64,000 nt of DNA from Octopus vulgaris (GCA_951406725.2 OX597833.1:3472001-3536000); one strand, 5' to 3'. Positions 27,204 to 42,891 are shown, counted from the first letter of the stretch. Program-made: numbers and translations. Notes: generated by a model not told the origin, from the letters alone.

Positions 27204-27605
27204 CAGGAGTGTCTGTGTGGTAAGTAGCTTGCTTACCAGCCACATAGTTTCAGGTTGAGTCCCACTGCGTGGCACCTTGAGCAAAAGTCTTCTATTATAG
27301 ACGTGGGCCAACAAAAGCCTTGTGAGTGGATTTGGTAGACGGAAACTGAGAAAGCCTATCGTATATATGTATATATGTAAGTTTATGTGTCTGTAGTTGT
27401 GTCCCCCTCCAACATCGCTTGACAACTGATGCTGGTGTGTCTACGTCCCTGTAACTTAGCGGTTCAGCAAAAGAGACCAATACAATAAGTACTAGGCTTA
27501 CAAAGAATAAGTCCTGGGGTCGATTTGCTTGACTAAAGGCGGTGCTCCAGCATGGCCACAGTCAAATGACTGAAACAAGTAAAAAAAAGAAAAAGAGAGT
27601 AAAGA
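27204..27605 (+). mobile_element. SINE family A
   Basis: Near full-length copy. Confidence 0.85.
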
Positions 27606-27690
27606 GTATATATATATATGTTTATATACATACATCTTACATTTATATATGTATATGTATATTATATATTATATATTATATAAATATGTA

Positions 27691-27731
<41 letters not shown>

Positions 27732-28318
27732 ACAACCAAAATATTATACTATTATTATAACAAGCAATCAACAACATATACACACATACAATCTGTCACA
27801 CACAGTCTAGAACTGAGCTATAATAATCAGTGACATTCAAAACAGCAACACCACCAAGAACAACACCACCAAGAACAACAGCACCAACAACAACAGCAAC
27901 AACAATAAACAACATTGCAGATTATGGTATTACGGTAGATTGGAGCATTTATCAATAGTGTAGCAACTTAATAAACACGGTAAATATTGAATCACAAACG
28001 GTACATTTTTCTGTGTCAGCAACCTTTATTGAAAAGAGCAGATTAATCGCCCCCCCCCCCACTACTCTTACTACCGTAATCAACTCCTCCTCTTCGTCGT
28101 CGTCCTCATCCTCCTCCTTCTGTGGTCGTAATTAACTCCTCTGCCTCTTCCTCTCGTTATTATAATTGTCCTTCGTTTAGAGAAATACCAATTTGTGTGT
28201 ACAATGGTAGTAATCGCTAAGAAGATAACAAAACAACAAATAAGATGGAACAAAAGATTACGTATATGCATGTATGTATATAGTTATATATATATAAGTA
28301 TATGTATATGTATCTATG

Positions 28319-28367
<49 letters not shown>

Positions 28368-28583
28368 GTATATGTATATGTATATATGTATATATGTATA
28401 TTATGTATATGTATATATATATGTATGTATATATATGTGTGTGTGTGTATGTATGTATGTATTTGTATATTATGTATATATACGTATATATGTATGTATA
28501 TATATATATATATAAATGTTTGTGTATGTATATGTATGTGTATATTATGTGAATATGCATATACACATATATATATATGTATA

Positions 28584-28632
<49 letters not shown>

Positions 28633-28720
28633 GTATATACACACATACATATATATGTGTATATATATATATGTGTGTATATAGATTATACATTAGAGAT
28701 TCCTATATATCTATGTATGT

Positions 28721-28751
<31 letters not shown>

Positions 28752-28753
28752 AG

Positions 28754-28819
<66 letters not shown>

Positions 28820-28879
28820 TGATTCCTTTATCCACAGAAAGCACATGTTCTATACAGCATATGCTTTCTGTGGCTAAGG

Positions 28880-29425
28880 CATTTCTGACTTTTATTTCTA
28901 AAAGTGCAGGTTTCAGGAGGGGCTGTCATCAGCACTTCAAAAATGTGAACATAAAGTGCTTGAGGTGTGAAACGTGTAGCCATGTGATTCTTTCCAAGGC
29001 TGGGTGTGTCAACCATCTAAAGTTCCATGACTAATACAGAGTTGAGATAACTCTTTAACGTTGCTGATGGCAAGGCTGCCTCTATGGTGTGGGTGCCATG
29101 GAAAATGTACCCACTACAAATTTAGAAGTGGTTGGTGTTAGGAATGGTACCCAGGCTTTTCTCAAACATATCTCTTATTCATATATACAACTGTATGCAG
29201 TGTTCTTTTTACCTCCTAGACTGGGAAAGGGTTTAGTTCAGAAGGATCCAATCAATCCAGTGGAAGTTCCAACTTTCGTCTGTCACCTATGCTTCAAACC
29301 ACGCAGATCCAAAGTGGAACTGAATAGTCATCTGATAGGTCATAAATGGAATGTCAGATATATCATTGACAACAAGGAAGCTCAGAGAGAGACGGCGATC
29401 ATCCGTGAAGATGGAGCAGTCACCG
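28880..29425 (+). mobile_element. LINE-like 3' remnant with two degenerate C2H2 zinc-finger motifs
   Basis: CETCSHVILSKAGCVNHLKFH and CHLCFKPRRSKVELNSHLIGH, separated by a stop and by the left arm of the inverted repeat. Confidence 0.5.
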
Positions 29426-30839
29426 TGTATGTATGTGCAATGTTGCGGATAGATAAAGCAAAAGTTCAAAGTTAAAATTTAACATCAAAGCTAAGATTGA
29501 ATGGTGGAACGGATTGTGAAATTTCAAAATGTGATTTCAATTCTTTTTTCTCTTTGAATTAATTTTCAGATGGATCCTGAATTCCATTATGACAGCGAAC
29601 TTCAAGGGATGATCCTAAGTTCCTTCTTCTACGGCTATATTGTTACGCAGCTGCCTGGAGGTAAGACATGTTCATACCTGGATTGCACGCAGGTGTGTGT
29701 GTGTGAGTGTATGTGCACTTGTGTCTGTGTTTCTATATGTGTGTGAGTGTGTGTGTTTATGTGTCTGTGTGTTTGTGTGCTTGTGATTGTGCATCTGTGT
29801 GTTTGTGTTGTCTGTGTGTTTGTGTGTCTGTGTGTTTGTATGCATGTGTGTGTGTGAGTGTGTGTGTGTGTGTGTTTATGTGTCTGTGTGTTTGTGTGCG
29901 TGTACGTGTGTGTGCATGTGTTTGTGCGTCTGTGTGTTTGTGTGTCTGTGTGTTTGTGTGTCTGTGTGTTTGTATGCATGTGTGTGTGTGAGTGTGTGTG
30001 TGTGTGTGTTTATGTGTCTGTGTGTTTGTGTGCGTGTACGTGTGTGTGCATGTGTTTGTGCGTCTGTGTGTTTGTGTGTCTGTGTGTTTGTATGCATGTG
30101 TGTGAGAGTGTATGTGTGTGTGTGTGCATCAGAATTTCCATGTGAGAGTGAATATTCATGTTATATTGTTGTATATACATCTACCCAGCTATGTGTATGT
30201 GTGTATGATTTTATGACTGTGTATCTGTACGTATGTATGCACATATATATATGTGTGTGTGTGTGTGTACATAAGTATGTATGTATGGCTGAAAGGATGG
30301 ATGTGTGTATGAATGCATACATGTTCATATGTGTGTGTGTATGCATGTATGTATGTATTTATGTGTGTATGTATGTACCAGTGTGTGTATGTATGTACCT
30401 GTGTATGTATGTATTTATGTATGTATGCATGCATGTATGTGTGTATATATATATGTATTTATGTATATATGTATCTATATATATGTTTCTATGCTTGTAT
30501 GTATGTATGCATGCGTGTGTGTGTGTGTTCGTGTGCATGCATGTAAGTTTTACTGTGTGATTGGGGTTGTGTAGGAAATGTGTGGTGTCTCTGGGCAGAC
30601 GTATCTGTATATGTCTATATGTAAGTATGAGTACGAATGTCTATGTATCTAAATGGCTATCAATGTGTTTTTGAGGCACTTTGTATATATGAATAAGCGC
30701 TATGTTTGTGAAAAGCCTGGGTACCATTCCTAACACTAACCACTTCTAAATTTGTGGTGGATACATTTTCCATGGCACCTACACCACAGAGGCAGCCTTG
30801 CCATCAGCAACGTTAAAGAGTTATCTCAATTCTGCATTA
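29032..30839. repeat. 159-bp inverted repeat pair flanking exon 29570-29660
   Basis: 29032-29190 versus the reverse complement of 30681-30839: ungapped, 149/159 identical by manual alignment. Confidence 0.92.
29570..29660 (+). CDS. SLC17 family (sialin-like) transporter, coding exon (TM2 region)
   Basis: ttttcag acceptor, G|gtaaga donor; 91 nt, phase 0 to 1. Encodes [30 protein letters not shown](G), matching the SLC17 motif QGxILxSFFYGYxxTQxPGG. Confidence 0.95.
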
Positions 30840-30893
30840 TCTCTACCGAATTCATTATTATTATTATTATCATCATCATCATCATCATCATCA

Positions 30894-30957
<64 letters not shown>

Positions 30958-31126
30958 ATGTGATAGTTTGTTGTCAACTTAATGTGACAGTCCCAGGAAA
31001 GGGAAGAATGTTACTGCTATTTAGCCCCAAGAAACACCGTTTCTAGTTGGCTATGTGACACAAGTGTTCTGTGCCCTTATGTTTTCAAACAGGGGAAATA
31101 AGCACCTTCAGCCAACTAAGTCAGCA

Positions 31127-31169
31127 TCCAGAGACTAGTTTCAGGGTAGTTGCCCTTCATCAGACTGGA
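31127..31169 (-). ncRNA. Minimal type I hammerhead ribozyme motif (Penelope-like)
   Basis: Minus strand TCCAGt-CTGATGA-AGGG(caacta)CCCT-GAAA-CTAG-T-C-tCTGGA: intact core, palindromic helix III ACTAGT, GUC triplet; U-U mismatch at the base of helix I. Confidence 0.8.
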
Positions 31170-31719
31170 GTATCTTGGCTTGCTAGCTTCGATGCTTATT
31201 CACCTTTGAAAACTTATAGAATTTCAAGTGAAATAAATTCACTGATCTACAAAATTAGAAATACTACATTTCTAAATTTCTGAGAGGGAGACTTATACAG
31301 TATCAGCACAATAAAGTGATGGTTTGTTGCACACTTAATGTGGCAGTCCCATGCATATGTATGTATATATGTATATATGCATATATATGTTTGTGAGCAT
31401 GTATGTATATGTGTGTGTGTATGTGCATGTGTATACATTTGTGTGTGTGCATATTTTACATATTTTATATATGTATATATGAATGCGCGTATATATGCAT
31501 GTATGTATGTATATATGTATGCATGAACACATGCATGTGTGTGTAACTGTGTATCACTATAGATGTACATATAGATATATTCATACATATATATGCATAT
31601 ATATTACATACATGCTTGCATATATATAAACATATACTTATTAATATATGTATATATATATAGGCACACATACACAAATATATATATATGAATGTGTGTG
31701 TGTGTCTTTACATGAATGT

Positions 31720-31800
31720 ATAGGTATGTATGCATGCATGTATGTATGTATGTATGTATGTATGTATGCATGCATGCATGTAAACATGCATGCATGAATG

Positions 31801-31832
<32 letters not shown>

Positions 31833-32206
31833 TGTATGCATGTATGTATGTATGTGTGTGTGTATGTGTGTATGTATGTATGTATGTATGTGTGCATGTA
31901 TGTATGTATGTATTTATGTATGTATGTATGTATGTATGTATGTATGTATGTATGTATGTATGTATGTATGTATGTATGTATGTATGTATGTATGCATGCA
32001 TGTATGTATGTATGTATGTATGTATGTATGTATGTATGTATGTGTGCATGTATGTATGTATGTATTTATGTATGTATGTATGTATGTATGTATGTATGTA
32101 TGTATGTATGCATGCATGTATGTATGTGTGTGTGTATGTGTGTATGTATGTATGTATGTATGTGTGCATGTATGTATGTATGTATTTATGTATGTATGTA
32201 TGTATG

Positions 32207-32240
<34 letters not shown>

Positions 32241-32510
32241 TGTATGTATGTATGTATGTATGTATGTATGCATGCATGTATGTATGTATGTATGTATGTA
32301 TGCATGTATGTATGTATGTATGTATGTATGTATGTATGCATGTATGTATGTATGTATGTATGTATGTATGCATGCATGTATGTATGTATGTATGTATGTA
32401 TGCATGTATGTATGTATGTATGTATGTATGTATGTATGCATGTATGTATGTATGCATGCATGCATGTATGTATGTATGTATGCATGCATGTAAACATGCA
32501 TGCATGAATG

Positions 32511-32542
<32 letters not shown>

Positions 32543-32840
32543 TGTATGTATGTATGTATGTATGTATGTATGTATGTATGTATGTATGTATGTATGTATG
32601 TATGTATGTATGTATGTATGAATGCATGTATGTATGTATGTATGTATGTATGTATGTATGTATGTATGTATGTATGTATGTATGTATGTATGTATGTATG
32701 TATGCATGCATGTATGTATGTATGTATGTATGTATGCATGTATGTATGTATGTATGTATGTATGTATGTATGTATGTATGTATGCATGCATGCATGTATG
32801 TATGTATGTATGCATGCATGTAAACATGCATGCATGAATG

Positions 32841-32872
<32 letters not shown>

Positions 32873-33270
32873 TGTATGTATGTATGTATGTATGTATGTA
32901 TGTATGTATGTATGTATGCATGTATGTATGTATGTATGTATGTATGTATGTATGCATGCATGTATGTATGTATGTATGTATGTATGTATGTATGTATGTA
33001 TGTATGTATGTATGTATGCATGCATGTATGTATGTATGTATGTATGTATGTATGTATGTATGCATGCATGTATGTATGTATGTATGTATGCATGCATGTA
33101 TGTATGTATGTATGTATGTATGCATGTATGTATGTATAAACGAATGTATGTATGTATGTATGTATGTATGTATAAATGAATGTATGTATGTATGTATGTA
33201 TGTATGTATGTATGCATATATGTATGTATGTATGTATATATGTATGTATGTATATATGCATGTATGTATG
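31720..33270. repeat. About 1.5 kb (TATG)n/(CATG) array
   Basis: Directly visible; the marker catgtaaacatgcatgcatgaatg recurs three times. Confidence 0.95.
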
Positions 33271-33673
33271 TAAGCATGTATGGTTGTAATTCTAGACATA
33301 CAAAATGAAGGAAATGCTGTTTCAGCTACTGGAATGTATACTGTTGTGCACCAAGGCACATGTCACATGACCAATCTGAGGAGATGGGAAAGTGACGTGG
33401 AGGTACTTGCTTCACATTATTGCAGTTTGAAGAAGGAAACATCTGAAGAAATGTTAGATGACACAAAATGAAAAACACCCAGGGTAGTGATGTGGCAGTT
33501 TTCCTTGCAATGTCAATTTATATATATATATATACATACATATATATATGTATGTACCTATGTATATATAAATATATATATATATATATATAACACATAT
33601 ATATATATATATATATATACATATATATATGTGTGTGTATACACATACAGACATATATATATGTATGTGCGTG

Positions 33674-33708
<35 letters not shown>

Positions 33709-34001
33709 TACATAGGTACATACATATATATATATATGTATGTATGTATGCATGTGTGTGTGTGTGTGTACTGTTATGTTTCAGTAGGTGAAAAAATTTG
33801 AAAAGAAGATGACTACACACATTTACAGAGTGTATATTAGAGAACAAGGGCTTAAAGAATACTGTAATATATACGTGCACATGTGTGTGCAACAGTGTAT
33901 ACTATATATGTATATACACATATATGTGTTTGAGTATATACATATATATACATATATATATATATAGCATGGAGAACGGACGTTAAACGACGATGATGAT
34001 G

Positions 34002-34036
<35 letters not shown>

Positions 34037-34658
34037 TACGTATATATATATATATGTATTTATATATATATATATATATTTATATATATAAACACATATA
34101 TATTCATATAGATGTGTTTATATATAAATATATATATATCATTATTTATGTAGATATAGATTTATATATGTTCAAAAATAAGTATGTATGTGTATCTATA
34201 TATGTGCATGTATGTATGTGTTTATATATGTATGTTCGGGGAAGGAATGTGAGGTCGCAGATATACATACTTGAAACAAGTCAATATACTGAAGTACATT
34301 GAACTTTTTAGTCTCCATACATCAATATACATCTATATAATTTTTATACACACACACACACAAAAGAAACATACATACACACATATATACTCCTGCATGT
34401 GCACACACATACATGCACTTCCTTTCTCATACAAACACATGTAGTTCCCCTCTTCTTTCATCCACACACACACACATGCTTATACATGTTTAAGAATCCT
34501 ATCTGTCCTCAGCAAAAGAATTCAAAGAAACCGTTTCTTCGTTAGAGATTCCAGTTTTTAATTGAAGTTCTACTTTAAGAATTGACTTCACTTTTTATCT
34601 TTGGGAATTTAGATCTTGAAAATTCTCTGAGAAAAAATTCTGTCTCTGCTATTCACTC

Positions 34659-34758
<100 letters not shown>

Positions 34759-35459
34759 CCTCTCTCTTTTTCCTTTTTGCAACTTTTTCTACTCTCCCCC
34801 TCTTTGCATACACACCCACACACACACACACATACACACCCACACACACACTCATACACACACACACACATGCATATATGTGTGTGTATGTCGTCTTAGC
34901 GGCACATGTGCCGGTGGCACGTGAAAAACAACATCCGAGTGTGGTCATTGCCAGTGCCGCTGGACTGGCTCTTGTGCAGGTAGCACGTAAAAAACACCTT
35001 TTGAGTGTGCTCACTGCCAGAACCTATTTCTCTATTACCCACAAGGGGCTAGACTTAGAGGAGACAAACAAGGACAGACATAGGTATTAAGTCGATTACA
35101 TCGACCCCAGTGCGGAACTGGTACTTAATTTATCGACCCCGAAAGGATGAAAGGCAAAGTCAACCTCGGCGGAATTTGAACTCACAACGTAACGGCTGAC
35201 GAAATACCGCTAAGCATTTCGCCCGGCGTGCTAACGTTTCTGCAGAACCACCTGACTGACCCTCGTGCTGGTGGCACATAAAAGAACCCACTACACTCTG
35301 AGAGTGGTTGGAATTAGGATGAGCATCCCGCTGTAGAAACCTTACCAGATTAGATTGGAGCCTGGTGCAGCTTCCTGGTTTGCCAGTCCTCAGTCAAACC
35401 GTCCAACTCATGCCAGCATAGGAATCAGAGGACATTAAACGATGATGATGATGATGATG

Positions 35460-35549
<90 letters not shown>

Positions 35550-35574
35550 TGTGTGTGTGCATGTATGTCATTAA

Positions 35575-35822
35575 ACAACCCTTACTCAGAGACCTTTTGA
35601 GCGGGATGGGTTACTCGACCAGAAGAAAATTCTCAACTGGGCCCCACCTGCAAGGTCATGTGCTGTTTATCTTGATATGAGATCACCATGTCGCGCACAT
35701 ATGGTTGTGATGCATGTGCCTGGTGTACCCTTATCAGATGGGTAGTCATGATGGGTATACTGGGCTTCGTATATTTTACCCCAGTGTCACTTTGATGGTA
35801 TGCACTGCTCTCTCACTCAATA
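35575..35822 (+). mobile_element. Probable non-LTR element 3' end followed by an (AAT)n tail
   Basis: Complex segment ending ctctctcactc directly into (AAT)n; family assignment is by recollection only. Confidence 0.4.
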
Positions 35823-35834
35823 ATAATAATAATG

Positions 35835-35882
<48 letters not shown>

Positions 35883-36054
35883 GTGATGATGATAATAATA
35901 ATATGGATAATGATTTATTACATATGGTATCTGTGTCTTAAAATATTGATCTAATAGAATATAATCAATAATAACAATAATAATAATAATTATAATAATA
36001 ATTTTTTTTTCAACCACCATAATAATAATCATCTCATTTTTCAATAGTAGGGCA

Positions 36055-37720
<1,666 letters not shown>

Positions 37721-38876
37721 CCTTTATTTGCCACAAGGAATGCTCATAACACTAAATCAAAATTTATCGAAAATCTTTTATGCCATTGTTGGTTCTATTT
37801 TGAAGAATATTCCACGAAGCATGTATTTCCCACCCTCCATTCTTTTCATGCAATTCTTTCCCATATATTTTGATATATTCTTTTCTTTCCTGTCTTACCA
37901 TTCCTGTTTCTTTTGTTTTTTTGGTTTTGTCTTCCTTCCTTTCTTCCTCTCTTCCTTTCTCACTATACTTCAATTTTCTATATTATCTCCACCACTACCA
38001 CTACCACCACCACCACCACCACCGCCTCCCACCACCTCCATTCTCATCTCTCATCTATATACGCCTTCCCGTATACACCTACACCTACAGGGTACCCTGA
38101 ATTACATAGTTGAAAAAAAAGAGACTCAACGTGTTTACAAGACACATGGCAAGTACATGTTTGGGTGTATGTGTGTTTGTGTGTGTATGTATGCATGGTG
38201 TGTGTGTATTTATATTTGTGTGTGTATATGTAAATGTGTGTATATGCTTGTGTGTATGCATATGTGTGTGCATGTGTGCTTGTATATATACATGTATGAA
38301 GATATATAGATGCGTATATGTACATGTGTATATATATTATATACATGTACATATCATATACATATATATGTATGTATATATGCTTCTATATATAATATTT
38401 ATTATATATATAAGCATATACATATATATGTATGTATATATATATGCTTATATATATATAATATCTATTATATATATAAGCATATATATAAAATATGGTT
38501 ATATATATATATAGTAAATACATATATATAGATATAATATATATTATATATAATATATATAATATATACATATAATATATGTATATATAATGTGTATGTG
38601 TGTGTACGTGTACATGTGTGTGTACATGTGCATGCATTTGTGTGTGGAGAGTGTGTTGAAGACTGCTAAAGCAAGAGTAGTATAGTCACCAGGTAGTGTT
38701 CAGATAAATCCAAGACTTACACTCTATCACCTTCATCCTGGGGCAGGTAACTCCGAGGTAGGAAATCAGCTACAAATATGATCTTCCTCAAGCAGGTACA
38801 GAAGCAGAAAAGACAGGTGAACAAAAATATGTGCAACGGGTGTATTTACACAGCAAGTTGTTTATACAAATAAACA

Positions 38877-39299
38877 GGCGCAGGAGTGGCTGTGTGGTAA
38901 GTAGCGTGTTTACCAACCACATGGTTCCGGGTTCAGTCCCACTGCGTGGCACCTTGGGCAAGTGTCTTCTACTATATATTTCTTTACTACCCACAAGGGG
39001 CTAAACACAGAGGGGACAAACAAGGACAGACAAACGGATTAAGTTGATTACATTGACCCCCAGTGAACTGGTACTTAATTTATCGACCCCGAAAGGATGA
39101 AAGGCAAAGTCGACCTCGGCGGAATTTGAACTCAGAACGTAGCGGCAGACAAAATACCGCTAAGCATTTCGCCCGGCATGCTAACGTTTCTGCCAGCTCG
39201 CCGCCTTGGGCAAGTGTCTTCTACTATAGTCTCGGGCCGACCAAAGCCTTGCGAATGGATTTGGTAGATGGAAACTGAAAGAAGCCCGTCGTATATATG

Positions 39300-39332
<33 letters not shown>

Positions 39333-39543
39333 TTGTGTTTTTGTGTTTGTCCCCCTAGCATTGCTTGACAACCGCTGCCGGTGTGTTTATGTCCCCGTTA
39401 CTTAGCGGTTCGGCAAAAGAGACCGATAGAATAAGTACTGGGCTTACAAAAGAATAAGTCCTGGGGTCGAGTTGCTCGATTAAAGGCGGTGCTCCAGCAT
39501 GGCCGCAGTCAAATGACTGAAACAAGTAAAAGAGTAAAAGAGT
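38877..39543 (+). mobile_element. SINE family A interrupted by a family C SINE
   Basis: The host SINE resumes after the duplicated ccttgggcaagtgtcttctactata. Confidence 0.85.
38977..39205 (-). mobile_element. SINE family C (Nin/Deu-like central domain); also at 35025-35242 and as a tandem pair at about 52975-53431
   Basis: Minus strand ggcggcgagctggcagaaacgttagca..gagttcaaattcc + gccgaggtcgactttgcctttcatcctttcggggtcgataaattaagtacc. Confidence 0.8.
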
Positions 39544-40058
39544 AATGTAATCAAGTCTTTTCTTTACAGCTGTTTCGAACAAACAATAACTCTTGTCATA
39601 TTTAATGTAAGTTATACAATTATGTCCAATGATATTCTTGGTGAATGGACTTGCATGGATTTTATGAGATTCCATGTCAGTGTTTTATATAGTTATTTAT
39701 TTATTTGTTTGCGATTTATTCACTTGTAAAGGCACATGGCTTAGTGGTTAGGGTATCCAACTCACAATTGCTAGGTCTTGAGTTCGATTTCTGGCAGCAC
39801 ATTTCCCTCTTGAGCAAGACATTTTATTTCACATTGCTCCGGTCTATTCAGCTTGCAAAAATAAGTTGCACCTGTAATTCAAAGGACCAGCCTTGTTACA
39901 CTCTTTGTCATGCTGAATCTCCCTGAGAACTATGATAAGAGTATGCATGCCTGAGGAGTACTCAGCCACTTGCAGGCTAATTTCACAAGTAGGCTGTTCC
40001 TTAGATTGGATCAACAGAAACTTCTTTCAGTTTCTGTCTACAAAATCCACTCACAAGG

Positions 40059-40096
<38 letters not shown>

Positions 40097-40292
40097 AGAA
40101 AAATAAAAACAGAAAATACGCACACTTACATGGTTATAGTATAATTTTTAATGTATCGACCGGTTTCGCAGTCGCTATTCATGATACAATGTTTAATTTA
40201 TATGAAAATATATTTTTTGTTAAGAAGAAAATGGGTCCATGTTGTTTATATGTATATATATATATATATATATTACTCTTTACTCTTTTACT

Positions 40293-40581
40293 CTTTTACT
40301 TGTTTCAGTCATTTGACTACGGCCATGCTGGAGCACCGCCTTTAATCAAGCAACTCGACCCCGGGACTTATTCTTTTGTAAGCCCAGTACTTATTCTATC
40401 GGTCTCTTTTGCCGAACTGCTAAGTAACGGGGACATAAACACACCAGCATCGGTTGTCTAGGGGGAGAAACATAGACACAGAAACACACACGTGCATATA
40501 TATACTTATATACATATATACGACGGGCTTCTTTCAGTTTCCGTCTACCAAATCCACTCACAAGGCTTTGGTCGGCCCGAG
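40293..40581 (-). mobile_element. SINE family A (5' truncated)
   Basis: Reverse-complement match. Confidence 0.85.
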
Positions 40582-40967
40582 GATAAAGTAGTGTATATAC
40601 ATACATATATATACACATCTATGTACACAGTGGTATTGAGCCTGGAACTAAGTGGTTGGGAAGCAAACTTCTTAACCGCATTGCCACGCCTGCATCTATT
40701 ATGTATTGAACCATGATGTATTGTAATGTAATGTTATCAGTTCAGCTTCCCTTGAGGACAAATAATAAGAATAACAGTTATTGTGATGAGGTCATTGTTG
40801 TTGTTGTTATCTTTACTAAGTTTTTATTCCTGCTGTCTGTTAACCAGAGATTAACGTTAATCCTGGATATAAATTAAAATTATAAACATTACAAAGAAAT
40901 TACATCTCGTTATTTCTTTTTTCTTTCCTACCTTATCTTCCCATTTGTCTGTCTCTCCACCTCTCTC

Positions 40968-40998
<31 letters not shown>

Positions 40999-41107
40999 TT
41001 CTGTCTGTCTGTCTCTCTCTTTTTCTCTCATACTGTGCCTCACTTCTTCCCTTACTTTCCTTATCTACATATATCTATCTAATATATATATATATATATA
41101 TATACAT

Positions 41108-41143
<36 letters not shown>

Positions 41144-41156
41144 TCATTAGATAGAT

Positions 41157-41220
<64 letters not shown>

Positions 41221-41680
41221 TAACTAGAGATATATACTTATATATTACAATGCATATAAATGTTTGTGTGTATGTATGTATGTATGTATCTATATATTTA
41301 TGGCTATATATGTATGTATATATCTATAGCTATGTATATACACAGAATTTTAAAAAGAATTAATAATAGAAAAGAAAAGAAAACCAAAATCTTTGTCCCC
41401 TTTGTCTGTAGAAATCAATAATTAATTTAAATGGTGTAGAATAATATAAAAGACAAGTTTTTCTTTTCTTTTCTTTTTTTCCCATTCCACTTTTTGCATC
41501 AACATTCTTTGCGTTTTTCTTCCTGCTTTTTTTGTCTCGTGTTTTCTCGCAGACCAGCATCCTGCTTTTCGATAGGTTTAAAAATATGCGCTGAGTGTTT
41601 TTTTAAAATTATATGTATACAGTAATTCCTCAACTAAAACCTCCCAAGGAAATAATTAAAATTTTAAAAAATGTAAATAT

Positions 41681-41844
41681 AGGCATAGGAGTGGCTGTGT
41701 GGTAAGTAGCTTGCTTACGAACCACATGGTTCCGTGTTCAGTCCCACTGCGTGGCACCTTGTCTTCTACTATAGCCTCGGGCCGACAAAAGCCTTGTCAA
41801 TGGATTTGGTAGACGGAAACTGAAAGAAGCCCATCGTATATATG

Positions 41845-41875
<31 letters not shown>

Positions 41876-42025
41876 ATATGTTCGTGTGTGTCTGTGTTGA
41901 CCCCCCAACATCGCTTAACAACTGATGCTGGTGTGTTTACGTTCCCGTAACTTAGCGGTTCGGCAAAAGAGATCGATAGAATAAGTACTAGGCTTACAAA
42001 GAATAGATCCTGGGGTCAATTTGCC
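41681..42025 (+). mobile_element. SINE family A (3' truncated)
   Basis: Matches the family consensus. Confidence 0.8.
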
Positions 42026-42606
42026 AACCTCTCTGAGAGTGTAATGGGTGCTTCTAGATGTCAATGGCACGAGTGCCATTTTCATGGCACCAGGGTGCTT
42101 TTATGTACCACTGGCACAGGTGCTGGAGGCACATGGCTTAGTGGTTAGGGTGTTAGACTCATGATTGTACAATTATGGTTTCAATTCCTAGACCGGGCAA
42201 CGCATTGTGTTCTTGAGCAAAACACTTCATTTCATGTTGCTCCAGTCCACTCAGCTACCAAAGATGAGCTAACCCTGCGACGGGCCAGCGTGCCATCCAT
42301 GTGGGGAATGTATGCGCCATTGTAAATGGGAAACCAACCTTTATGAATCTGTATGACTTGAGAAGCGAACCTACATCTTTTTTCTGTTCCAGTAAAACGG
42401 TGTGGTTACTATCACCATTATCATCATCATCATCATCATCTAACGTCCGTTTTCCATGATGGATATTTTAACAGGAGCTGTTGAGGCCAGGGGCTACACC
42501 AGACTCTATTTGTCTGTCTAGGAATGGTTTCTACAACTGGATGCCCTTCCTAATGCTAACCACTTTACAGAATGTATTGGGTACCTTTAATGTGGCACCA
42601 GTATGC

Positions 42607-42664
<58 letters not shown>

Positions 42665-42891
42665 CTCTCTCTCTCTCTTCCTTTTTCTCATTCATTATCT
42701 ATTTCCCTTTGTTCTACTTGTCTCTTCTTCCTATTTTTTTTTTCCAATTCCTCATTCCAATAAATATTTTATTTGGAATTTTTTTGTTCATTTCCTTTTA
42801 ATTTTTAGTTTTGTTTTGTTTTTTTCTTTTACCATTCTCTTTGACTTTTCTTTTTTACCCCCAATTTATTATTATTATTATTATTATTATT

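Noticed and set aside
28819-29475. Possible C2H2 zinc-finger gene
   Set aside because: The two degenerate fingers are separated by a stop, lack TGEKP linkers and fit a LINE C-terminus better.
39563-39690. Partial hammerhead signatures (minus strand GAAACAGCTGTA; similar at about 49110-49220 and 22510-22610)
   Set aside because: The CUGANGA or GAAA half is missing or mutated and helix II could not be drawn; probably decayed Penelope-type relics.
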